Shown here piece after piece: positions 55,643-64,000 of a stretch of 64,000 nt of DNA; the first letter of the stretch is position 1, and the number at the start of each line of letters is the position of its first letter. Under the pieces are notes generated by a model, which saw nothing but the letters and a program-made list of their open reading frames with translations, ran no database searches and was not told the DNA's origin. The stretch comes from a virus. The DNA is taken from the IMG/VR virus record IMGVR_UViG_3300030106_006795, positions 16,746 to 80,745 of that record. One strand, 5' to 3'. The position numbers and the translations under genes are program-made.

Positions 55643-58102
55643 ACCCATAATATTTCTCTGAGAAGCGGTAAATACGCTTGATATGTATGACTTTCTAACA
55701 GAGGTGTCCATTCCTCTATCAGTTAGCAGTCCCTGATCTGGTGGAATCAGTTTGATTGTTGATTCGTTAATTGTCGTTGTTATGCCTTGAGGCCCAACCG
55801 AGATTGATAAAGAGTTTATAGTAGGAGTAAAAGTGGGGATTTCTAAACCATAGACAGTTCTTGAAGAGCTTTTAGGAATATCAACTGCATTAGCATAATT
55901 ACCACGCTGACTTTTAAGCGCTCTCATTTCTGTAACATTTCCAGAAGCGGAAAAAATAGTTAATTGATTTGTAATGCTGTGGGCTGGCGCTTGAATATCA
56001 AAAGATTTTAAATCAAAGCGGTCAAATAGGTCAGATATCTGCTGATCTCCACTTGAGCTTTCTGATATAGCATCATCCTCTGCATCCTCTCCATCTTCAG
56101 AAAGTGGATTTACCCTTGTTTTAGCTCTATCATAGGCAACTTTTATTTGTTTTTTTACCTTCAGTGTGGCGTTTTGAAAATTCTTGCTAGACTGGTTTGC
56201 CATTCTCATCATATTTCTAATAGCACCTCCAGCGGTAAATGGTGTCACTTTTTCATTTTCTCTTGTAGGACCGCCCAAGACCATTGGATACGTGGAGTCA
56301 GCAAATTGTTTTAATTCTACTAATTGTTCTAGATATCTAAATTCTACGGCATCATCATCGTGTTTAAGCTCTCTCCTTTTTAATTGTCTTATTCCAACAA
56401 AATGAAAGGGATTTACTGTTTTTGCTTTGCCATTTGTGGCATTTGCTAAATGCCCAATTCTTACTCTTGGATGACCTACTAATTTAAAGAATTCATGAAC
56501 ATCTGATAATGCGTCTATTTCTGAGAGTAAATCTCGCTGATGAAATGGACCTATAACGCTAATGCTATTAGTATTTTTAAAATCCATTCTGTCTGATTTG
56601 TATTTGCTATATCCATTTGATATAAAAATACCACCAGCAAACTCAAAATATGTTTTAAGAAATGTGTAAAGTTTTGAGTCTCTAGGCAACGACATGCCTA
56701 CCGCCTTATTTTTACGACTTGCTAAATTAATATATTCAAATTTATCTCTTATTCTATCAAACTTAATATCTCTAAATTCTATATCTGTTTTTCTGTGTTC
56801 ATCCGCTTTTTCCTGTGTTGGGTAAACAAACAAACCATCACGATCTGGTTGCCCTTCTTGGGGTTTTGGTCCAAATTTAATTATATCTCCTGATATGGGC
56901 CTATCAGTATAAAGACCTGCTAAATTAATTTTAGCAGCCTTCTCATTACCAAGGTGTTTTTGCAAAAGAGATCTGTTTTGACCTCCTCCGAACTTTTCCA
57001 TAGCATATCTTAAAAAGTAAGTATATTTGTCAAATATATCTTCGTCTGCATCTCTTTGGTTGAATAAAAAATAAAATATACCCAAAGTTTCTCTGTTTAA
57101 TTTAAACTCTTCTATTTTTTCTGGGAAGACTCTTTTGAATGACGCTTTTCTTCCTCTAAAATCATCTTTTGGAGATTTTTTGTCAGGCTTCTCAGCGGAA
57201 CCTATATAAGCATTTACAAGCTTCCCCGTAGTTTTTGCCTTTGTAAAAGAGGCTGAAGTTATGGATTCGTCAGTTGTATCCGTGTGATCAATTATATTTA
57301 TACTAGAGGCTTGCTCTGTGTTTATGAACTGAACAGAGCCATTTGCAGGATTCACAAACCAAAAGTATCCAAAAAAAGATGCGATAGCACCCAAAATACT
57401 ATCAAGGGTTCCAGTGTTCTCAAATAATATATCTTCACTATCTGGCAAGCCCACTAGGTTTATCCCAACCATAGATAAAGCCTGTTTAAATTCTCTGACA
57501 GTATAACCATATTTTAAATCATATTGAGACAAATCTGGAGCGCCCTTATAAGACTCGCTAACAAATTCATCATTCAAAGAAAGCTCTGGCTTTAACTCTT
57601 TGTCTTGATAAACTAAAGTTATTTTTAGCCCATCAAATTTTGCTGCTGACTCGTAATTATATATTCTACCGAGCATTATAATTGAACCAGATTGATCTAG
57701 GGTCGGACCTTGAGATTTAAATGATTTTAGCGGTGAATTTATAACCTCTGTAAAATAAGGTATTGGTCCTTCAAAGTTTAAAGTTTCTGGTCCACAGTTT
57801 ATACCTCTAACCATGACAACATGAGACTTCAATATTAGAGAAGTTCTATCTACATATTTCCTGCTGATAGTTTTTTTTGTAGGATCTGCTCCAATGCTAT
57901 GCTGAGTGCAAATGAAGTTTGTCATCATTTCAGCAATTTCTTCATTTGAAAAAGAGTTTAATTCACCCAAGGCTCCGACAACAGTTCCTAAACCGTCTGA
58001 TCCATCTAAATTTTTTGCGTTTAAAAGAGTGGTAACTGATGCGGTATGACCACCACCAGCATTAGAAAAGTTTAAATCTATTTTTTGTATTGTTTCACTC
58101 AT
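55637..58102 (-). CDS. Putative tail/baseplate hub-like virion protein
   Basis: 821 aa in the structural operon; G.FWFVNP..G.VQF and SLSISVGPQGITTTI are typical of tail hub proteins. Confidence 0.55.
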   Translation of the reverse strand: MSETIQKIDLNFSNAGGGHTASVTTLLNAKNLDGSDGLGTVVGALGELNSFSNEEIAEMMTNFICTQHSIGADPTKKTISRKYVDRTSLILKSHVVMVRGINCGPETLNFEGPIPYFTEVINSPLKSFKSQGPTLDQSGSIIMLGRIYNYESAAKFDGLKITLVYQDKELKPELSLNDEFVSESYKGAPDLSQYDLKYGYTVREFKQALSMVGINLVGLPDSEDILFENTGTLDSILGAIASFFGYFWFVNPANGSVQFINTEQASSINIIDHTDTTDESITSASFTKAKTTGKLVNAYIGSAEKPDKKSPKDDFRGRKASFKRVFPEKIEEFKLNRETLGIFYFLFNQRDADEDIFDKYTYFLRYAMEKFGGGQNRSLLQKHLGNEKAAKINLAGLYTDRPISGDIIKFGPKPQEGQPDRDGLFVYPTQEKADEHRKTDIEFRDIKFDRIRDKFEYINLASRKNKAVGMSLPRDSKLYTFLKTYFEFAGGIFISNGYSKYKSDRMDFKNTNSISVIGPFHQRDLLSEIDALSDVHEFFKLVGHPRVRIGHLANATNGKAKTVNPFHFVGIRQLKRRELKHDDDAVEFRYLEQLVELKQFADSTYPMVLGGPTRENEKVTPFTAGGAIRNMMRMANQSSKNFQNATLKVKKQIKVAYDRAKTRVNPLSEDGEDAEDDAISESSSGDQQISDLFDRFDLKSFDIQAPAHSITNQLTIFSASGNVTEMRALKSQRGNYANAVDIPKSSSRTVYGLEIPTFTPTINSLSISVGPQGITTTINESTIKLIPPDQGLLTDRGMDTSVRKSYISSVFTASQRNIMGL

Positions 58103-58941
58103 AACACAAGAGAAGATCCAGATAATATTTCTGCTAGTCCTCCACTAATAGTAGCGTCAAAGCCTGTCTTAATAGTATTTACACCTATAAACAATTCTAG
58201 ATAATTGCTCTGAGGCTGAAGAATACCATTTACATAATAGTTATTTCTTTTCTCAATATATCCATCAGCAAATACAACATCAGAATATCTACCTGTTTCG
58301 GAGGTTGTTTTTAATCTTTTTCTATGAGCAGTGTATTTAAATTTATTTTTATTCTCAGTTTTAACAACTCCTCCTGCGTTTGCCGAAGTCGAAAAAAGTG
58401 GAATAAAGAGAGGACTCGATACTCCACCGCCAACCTGAACCCCTACCCCAACACCAGAATACACTTTTTGCCCATTTAAAAAGTAGTCATAATCAGAAAA
58501 AGTAGAGCTAGTATAACTACCGCTTATTCCTGATTTTAAAGAAAGTCCGAAATCTCCAGTCCCTGCAAATATTCCCCCAGTAATTATATTATAAGTTACT
58601 TGGGATTCTCCATTTACTGGCGTGGTGGAATCAAAGTATAGTTTAGACTGATCAAAAACATTAGACTCGTCCCCTTTTGTAAAAAAATCACCCGTTTTTA
58701 TATTATAAAAAACTTCATTTGTGATTGTTTGAGTGAAAGGTATTTCTTGTAACAAACTTTGCCCGTTCAGATATGATGAAACTTCCCTCTGACCAGTGCT
58801 TATGGTTCTATCGTAATAAAATTCACCAAGACTACCAACACCCTCTCTATTTAAGATATCAAAAGTATTTGTCTCCAGCGCATCTGAAGAGCATCCAGAA
58901 ACCGAAACATCACCTGTGCTAAAAACAACATCGTATATCAT
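58099..58941 (-). CDS. Putative virion protein, [S/T]-G rich
   Basis: Three [Y/F][L/V]NG[Q/I] repeats; operon context. Confidence 0.65.
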   Translation of the reverse strand: MIYDVVFSTGDVSVSGCSSDALETNTFDILNREGVGSLGEFYYDRTISTGQREVSSYLNGQSLLQEIPFTQTITNEVFYNIKTGDFFTKGDESNVFDQSKLYFDSTTPVNGESQVTYNIITGGIFAGTGDFGLSLKSGISGSYTSSTFSDYDYFLNGQKVYSGVGVGVQVGGGVSSPLFIPLFSTSANAGGVVKTENKNKFKYTAHRKRLKTTSETGRYSDVVFADGYIEKRNNYYVNGILQPQSNYLELFIGVNTIKTGFDATISGGLAEILSGSSLVL

Positions 58942-60332
58942 TTTCTCTCCCCCTTATAATAAACGTAATCTTTTTTAAATAATTTTGACGGCCCAGATAA
59001 AATTATTCCAGAACTACTAATAGAAGGTCTATCTGTTACAGTTTGGAACAATGGTATTTGAGAAACTCCACTGACATCTGGCAAATCTCCAGCTTGGAAT
59101 CTAAACCCATAAAGCTTCACTGCCACTGTTGCCGCCCCAGAAATAGCCTGTCTTTCAATATAGTTTTGAACTTGATTCTGAACATGCAGGAGTCCTAAAG
59201 TTGCAAAGGCACTGTCTCCACTAGGCAAGTATTGATAACCAGAATCGGGGTGAAGTATACCGACTTGTTCTTTGTTAAATGTGGTTACTCCCCCTTGCTC
59301 AAACGTGTGATAATTTAAATATACATCCCCTTCAAATTTATTATCAGTCGAACTCGCAGTAAGACCTCCTGTTAACATATATCTTCCTGTAGAAATATCT
59401 AATGATCCAGTAGCTCCATAATCATATCCAGTTATACCTGTTTTATAAGTAACGACTTGTCTATAGCCAGTGATTATTTGTTTCTCTGTAGCAGTTGTTG
59501 CACTTTGAAAAAATGAACCAATTAAACCACTTCCAATAGTTAATCCTATACTTGGTGGAATATATCCCGAAAAAAGACAAAAAGAATTTAAACTTATGTC
59601 TGAGGTTCTAAATTCCCCAGATGGTCCAGCAGCGCCGCCTCTAAAATATTGATTAGATCCACCTAGATAAAATTCTGAATTATTACCAATAAAACTAGAA
59701 TTTATAGTAAATGATTCTGTTTCTATTTTGTTATTTAAGTAATCAAATTTGGAAAGAGATAATGTATTGCTTCCTAAAGAAAATCCTACAACATTTCTTC
59801 TTGATAACTCTATAGAGTTTGCTGTGTGGATATAATCTCCATTCTTGCCAAAAGATTGATAGAAAAGCTTTCCCCTGCTATTAACACCAAAATTAAAACC
59901 TTTTGCTCCAGTGACAATTAAGCCATCTACACTGGTAGAAATTTTTTCTAGAGAGCCAAAAATTACAGAATCTGAAACACCAGTGTTAAATTGAAAATCT
60001 ACTAAATTAGACAAATCTGAGTATCTTACAGATGGAGTGTTTACCTTCAAGGTTGACTCACTCAAATCTGCCATATTGCTATTTACGAATGTTCCTGTGG
60101 TAAAAAGTTTAGCACCTGCAACAGTCCCTTGTCCTGAGTGAGTAACTATTCCACTATATAAACCAGTGTTAGCAGCGGGATCACAATTTTCTATTACTCC
60201 AAAATTCAAGCCTCCTGCTTCCTCGTTACCAATATGTCTACCGCTCATCCCAGAAAAATCATAATGCACTAAAAGCCTATCGGTGCTTCCGAAGGCTTGA
60301 TACATACTATAATTTAATCCTGATTGACTCAT
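58938..60332 (-). CDS. Putative virion protein with a LamG/ConA-like domain, [S/T]-G rich
   Basis: LLVHYDF, GFNFGVNSRGKLFY, FYLGG. Confidence 0.65.
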   Translation of the reverse strand: MSQSGLNYSMYQAFGSTDRLLVHYDFSGMSGRHIGNEEAGGLNFGVIENCDPAANTGLYSGIVTHSGQGTVAGAKLFTTGTFVNSNMADLSESTLKVNTPSVRYSDLSNLVDFQFNTGVSDSVIFGSLEKISTSVDGLIVTGAKGFNFGVNSRGKLFYQSFGKNGDYIHTANSIELSRRNVVGFSLGSNTLSLSKFDYLNNKIETESFTINSSFIGNNSEFYLGGSNQYFRGGAAGPSGEFRTSDISLNSFCLFSGYIPPSIGLTIGSGLIGSFFQSATTATEKQIITGYRQVVTYKTGITGYDYGATGSLDISTGRYMLTGGLTASSTDNKFEGDVYLNYHTFEQGGVTTFNKEQVGILHPDSGYQYLPSGDSAFATLGLLHVQNQVQNYIERQAISGAATVAVKLYGFRFQAGDLPDVSGVSQIPLFQTVTDRPSISSSGIILSGPSKLFKKDYVYYKGERK

Positions 60333-60333
60333 A

Positions 60334-61956
60334 TTAATAATATCTACTCATATTATAAGAAATAGTTTGATCATTTAAACTGCTACTTTCCGCAAAGGAG
60401 AAAACTCCGCTAGCATAACCACTAGATATTTCTATTAATTTTTGTAAATCTCCTGTCGATGCCTCACAACTAGCTGACACGCTATATTCACCAGCCCTTC
60501 TATTCATAAGCTTTTGTTTAGCAAATCCACCTAAACTTGGAACTATGCCACTTAACTCAATAGGTCTTTTGTCAGTTATGGATATCTGTAATCCAGATAA
60601 TTGACCAGATGATAAATCAATCCTGTTATCAAACTCTAGTGCATATGAAATTAAACTCTGCAAAGGATTTTTTGTTATTTGCCTAGAGGTCGGAGTCGGG
60701 TTCAAAAAATCTCCACTTATGTGATAACCCGTAGCATCTCCTGTAAAATCCTGTAAAGCTTCTATAGCTAAATTTAAAAACCCTGAGTTAGCAAGAACAC
60801 CACTATATTGAGAATCTACTTGTTTAAATCTTTCTCCCGTTGCTGGATCGCCAGTCCCCACTATATCAAACGGACCCTTGTATTTAAATTCTCCGTTTAT
60901 TGATACTCTTACTATAGATTCATCTTTACTAGCTGAAACTGTGGCAGATCTTGTATGAAGAACATTCCCGCTTCTGTCTAAATTTTCTGGGTCTGTAAAA
61001 TTGTATGTGAAATTTACAATATTAGATCCAGTGTCTAAATCGTAATTAACAGAGGACGGTCCATTATCTATAAAAGTATAAGCTCCTGTTTCATAATCAG
61101 AAAGTGATGACGCTACAGCATTTACAGCTAATTGAGCAGCTTGGGTTGAATCAAAAATACCAGTGTCAAGCAATCCTGTTCCAAACTGAGGTTTATCAAA
61201 ATCTCCTTTTACAGAACCATTAACCACAACATTCAATCCATCTTCTTTACTAAAAGATATTTTTGTTGAACAATTTAGTATACCAGATTTTGAAACTCCT
61301 GTTGTAGTAAGATCTTCACTAGTGCTATAATTATAAACTTCATCAATAGAATAAAGATTATTTGATTTATCTATATTCTCAGTTCTCGAAAACAAGAAGG
61401 CATTATTGTTTGCTCCAGTTTGGAATAAGCTTAAATCTCTGCAACCAGTAGTTCTTCCTGTTACAAAGTTTCTAGCATTTGCTAAAGGATCATCGCTGTT
61501 TACTTTAACTCCTCTTGCAGAAACGGAGTGATTAACTTCTGTTATTCTTCCCTCTTGCTCTTGAAATGTCCATCTATCTTGAGGGTCTTCTATACCAAAA
61601 AACTCTGAAAAACTTTCTTCTGAATAACTTTCAAAAGAAACAGAATATGGCATTATTGTTGTTAAATCAGAAGAATCAAAAGAAATAGATATTGGTTTAG
61701 CTGTAGAAAATGCTTTTACAGTTAAGTCATCATTAGTTACATTTAAGGTCTGAAACTCCGACAGCATACCACTGATCATTTGCATTTTTTGTAAATGCAA
61801 ACCACTTAAATTAGATCCAGTCAGATTACCTACTATCTCTATAGTGTTTTTTGTATGATCTACCGCTCCTTGAATATAAATAGGTTCTACGCCATATCCT
61901 ACTAGTGGAGTTGGATATGGGAAGTTGTAAGATCCATATGTTACACTTTCTGCCAT
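60334..61956 (-). CDS. Putative tail protein, [S/T]-G rich
   Basis: 540 aa, repeated beta-rich modules, coupled operon. Confidence 0.65.
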   Translation of the reverse strand: MAESVTYGSYNFPYPTPLVGYGVEPIYIQGAVDHTKNTIEIVGNLTGSNLSGLHLQKMQMISGMLSEFQTLNVTNDDLTVKAFSTAKPISISFDSSDLTTIMPYSVSFESYSEESFSEFFGIEDPQDRWTFQEQEGRITEVNHSVSARGVKVNSDDPLANARNFVTGRTTGCRDLSLFQTGANNNAFLFSRTENIDKSNNLYSIDEVYNYSTSEDLTTTGVSKSGILNCSTKISFSKEDGLNVVVNGSVKGDFDKPQFGTGLLDTGIFDSTQAAQLAVNAVASSLSDYETGAYTFIDNGPSSVNYDLDTGSNIVNFTYNFTDPENLDRSGNVLHTRSATVSASKDESIVRVSINGEFKYKGPFDIVGTGDPATGERFKQVDSQYSGVLANSGFLNLAIEALQDFTGDATGYHISGDFLNPTPTSRQITKNPLQSLISYALEFDNRIDLSSGQLSGLQISITDKRPIELSGIVPSLGGFAKQKLMNRRAGEYSVSASCEASTGDLQKLIEISSGYASGVFSFAESSSLNDQTISYNMSRYY

Positions 61957-63503
61957 TATTCCTTTAAAAATAAATATTGTATATTTCTGCTTGAGCTACC
62001 CTGTCCTAAATTTAAATTTATAGTGTCATTAATTATATGGATAACATTCTCATCTACCAATTCATTCATTTCAGTTGTTTTAGATTCTAAAACACTCCTA
62101 GCATCATAAATCCCCATACTTTGACTAGTTATAGCTTCAGCGGTAACAGTAGCTTGACCGACTGTTTTTTTATTGCTGCTAATAATTTGATCTTCTAAAT
62201 TCACTAAATCTAAAAATTTAAATACTCTATCAATTTGATGAGTTTTACTTAAGGTCTTTTTAAATTTTAATACACCATCATTTGTATCTTTGTAAGCAAG
62301 ATCTGTAGTGAAAGATATTTCCTCTGTCACAAACCCCTCAGATTTTTCAAAAGTTGTAGATCTAGATTTTTCTACTATATCTGATACAGGATGAAACAAT
62401 CTTTTTATTTTGTCTTGAATGTATGTTTGTTCACTAATCCAAAGTGTTTTAGAGTTTAAAAATTTTTCTCTATTGTTTCTTCCTTGACTTTTATATGAAA
62501 TTGATAGCTTGTATTCAATGAATCTACCTTGTTTGGCCTCTGATCCAAAGTATGATATTCTATCATCTTGAGATTTAGATGGATCAGTGCTAAAAACAAT
62601 TGTTATGCTAGCTGTATTGCCATCTTTTGTTATTCCTTTTTCAATAGATGTAGGTGTCCCAAACTGTGCGTTATCTTGAGAGGCTATATCATCAATAATC
62701 CCTGCCATTGCAGAAGTTAAAACATTTTCAGAATCTTGTCTGAGAGAAATTAATTCAATCTGGTGTCTTTTTGTTATAAAGCCATTCTCTCCTATTTCTA
62801 TAGATTGAGTTTGCTTTTTACTGACACTTTTAGATTCATCAACAAAAGACGAATCTACTTTTTCACTTAAAGAAACAGAAAGTCCAATTAGATCATAAGT
62901 TTCTGATATGAGACCTCGAAAAGCTTTATCAATTTTAGCTTTTTCTGAAATTCCATCTTCTTGATATCCTAAAGATGGTCTATTTGCGAAATAATAATTA
63001 GTTAAAAATGTCTTCGCGTCATTTAAAAACTCATCACCCGCCTCTTGTTTGTATTTTAGGGATATATTTCTGGTTGAACTATAGTCTGCGCCTGATCTGT
63101 TGAAATCATAAGTCTCACTAAAATCTTCAACCAAATGCGGGTTAGGAATTAATTTAGAGAATGTTTTAGAAGAATAATCATCTAGCCTTCTTGATTCTTG
63201 TATTACTATAGAAACTGTCTCAGAGCCAACTAAAGTCCCAGCCGAAAAATTAAAAGACTGTATTCTTCCTTTTAGATAATCATCTGCTCCTATTCTAGCT
63301 ACTATGTTTGGTTTCTCGTAAGCAGCTATGATTGCATCTCTTCCCTGTATTAATACAGTATCATTTTGCTCAAAGTTAATATCAGAGAGATCAATTTCAT
63401 ATGTCCCAACTACCTCATAGCCAAATATTTCTTCTGTTTCTAGATAAGAATAATTTACCTCTAAAGAAGAAGATAAGACATTGTTAACTATTAACGCTGC
63501 CAT
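61956..63503 (-). CDS. Putative tail protein
   Basis: 515 aa, architecture similar to the downstream gene; TAATG coupling. Confidence 0.65.
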   Translation of the reverse strand: MAALIVNNVLSSSLEVNYSYLETEEIFGYEVVGTYEIDLSDINFEQNDTVLIQGRDAIIAAYEKPNIVARIGADDYLKGRIQSFNFSAGTLVGSETVSIVIQESRRLDDYSSKTFSKLIPNPHLVEDFSETYDFNRSGADYSSTRNISLKYKQEAGDEFLNDAKTFLTNYYFANRPSLGYQEDGISEKAKIDKAFRGLISETYDLIGLSVSLSEKVDSSFVDESKSVSKKQTQSIEIGENGFITKRHQIELISLRQDSENVLTSAMAGIIDDIASQDNAQFGTPTSIEKGITKDGNTASITIVFSTDPSKSQDDRISYFGSEAKQGRFIEYKLSISYKSQGRNNREKFLNSKTLWISEQTYIQDKIKRLFHPVSDIVEKSRSTTFEKSEGFVTEEISFTTDLAYKDTNDGVLKFKKTLSKTHQIDRVFKFLDLVNLEDQIISSNKKTVGQATVTAEAITSQSMGIYDARSVLESKTTEMNELVDENVIHIINDTINLNLGQGSSSRNIQYLFLKE

Positions 63504-63509
63504 AATTTA

Positions 63510-64000
63510 TTATTCGGTTAATTGATCTACCTTTCCTTGTAATACTGTGACAGTAGTCTCTAGTCTTTCTAGCTCTTTTACCTTCCCATCTATAAAGAGT
63601 TTTGTCTTTTCAACAAGGTCTGCTGCACTACCCGCTGCCTCTAAATTAGTTTTAGCAAATTCTTTCACTTTATCAAATGATCCAACAGAGGTTTTTAGTT
63701 CACCTTGCAATTGTTTAAGATCTGCTGCGAATTCTTTAGTTGCTTCATTGTTGTGTAAGGAATTAAATGCAGTTGCTGATGCTCCCATTTCTGCTCTTAA
63801 GTTATTTTGCTGTTCTATCAACAATTTAGTTGATTCATCTAATCCAGCGCCAAAGCTTTTCTCTGCTATCGCTTGAAGGCGTTCTGCAAATTTTTGATCT
63901 TTCTCGCTGTCAACATTTCCTGCAATTTGATCTTTTACAATAGACCGCCTAGCATCTTCCATTATTTTTTTAGCCTCTGCCAAAGCTGCTTTGGCCTCTT
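63510..64000 (-). CDS. C-terminal part of a long helical protein (tape-measure-like), 5' end outside the window
   Basis: Frame stays open past the track's TTG at 63983 to the edge; Ala/Lys/Glu/Gln coiled-coil; upstream of tail genes. Confidence 0.55.
   Translation of the reverse strand, partial: EAKAALAEAKKIMEDARRSIVKDQIAGNVDSEKDQKFAERLQAIAEKSFGAGLDESTKLLIEQQNNLRAEMGASATAFNSLHNNEATKEFAADLKQLQGELKTSVGSFDKVKEFAKTNLEAAGSAADLVEKTKLFIDGKVKELERLETTVTVLQGKVDQLTE

Noticed and set aside
8825-63876. Other 60-155-aa ORFs lying antisense or out of frame within recognised genes (e.g. 13958-14425, 30012-30437, 47114-47419, 63547-63876)
   Set aside because: Fully overlapped by motif-supported genes, with no motifs or expression signals of their own.
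1-64000. Stop-codon reassignment
   Set aside because: Conserved genes are full-length in the standard code, and TAA, TAG and TGA all terminate genes.

Overview
An AT-rich, densely coding 64 kb segment of a large tailed-phage genome, standard genetic code. The host is probably Gram-negative, judged from the spanin-like pair, an outer-membrane barrel and heptose genes. Left to right: (1) a >=2568-aa tail-fibre-like ORF on the minus strand that runs off the left edge and is absent from the ORF track; (2) a modular basic/acidic protein that looks like a polyprotein; (3) an NDP-heptose cassette (cupin, HldA-like kinase, HldC-like nucleotidyltransferase, HAD phosphatase, with hldD nearby); (4) a lysis module with a chemoreceptor-like four-helix-bundle membrane protein between holin and CHAP endolysin; (5) a replication operon with a Clp ATPase, a Pol III alpha split into PHP, DEDDh exonuclease and polymerase genes, a Cas4/RecB-like nuclease, DnaG, Endo VII, DnaB and RecA; (6) a 12-gene sugar-synthesis and tailoring cluster behind a structured leader; (7) class Ia RNR; (8) a divergent structured intergenic region, then a sigma-like factor, GT-B glycosyltransferases (including an apparently split GT9), Hsp20, SSB-like and annealing proteins; (9) virion/tail genes, several strongly enriched in Ser/Thr-Gly. 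A GTGTA[A/G] motif precedes nine mostly late-type genes, and several sigma70 promoters imply leaderless mRNAs. The best candidate novel systems are a phage-encoded virion glycosylation/heptosylation pathway with a putative [S/T]-G acceptor motif, and a ligand-sensing lysis regulator. All protein calls come from motif recognition by eye; no searches were run.
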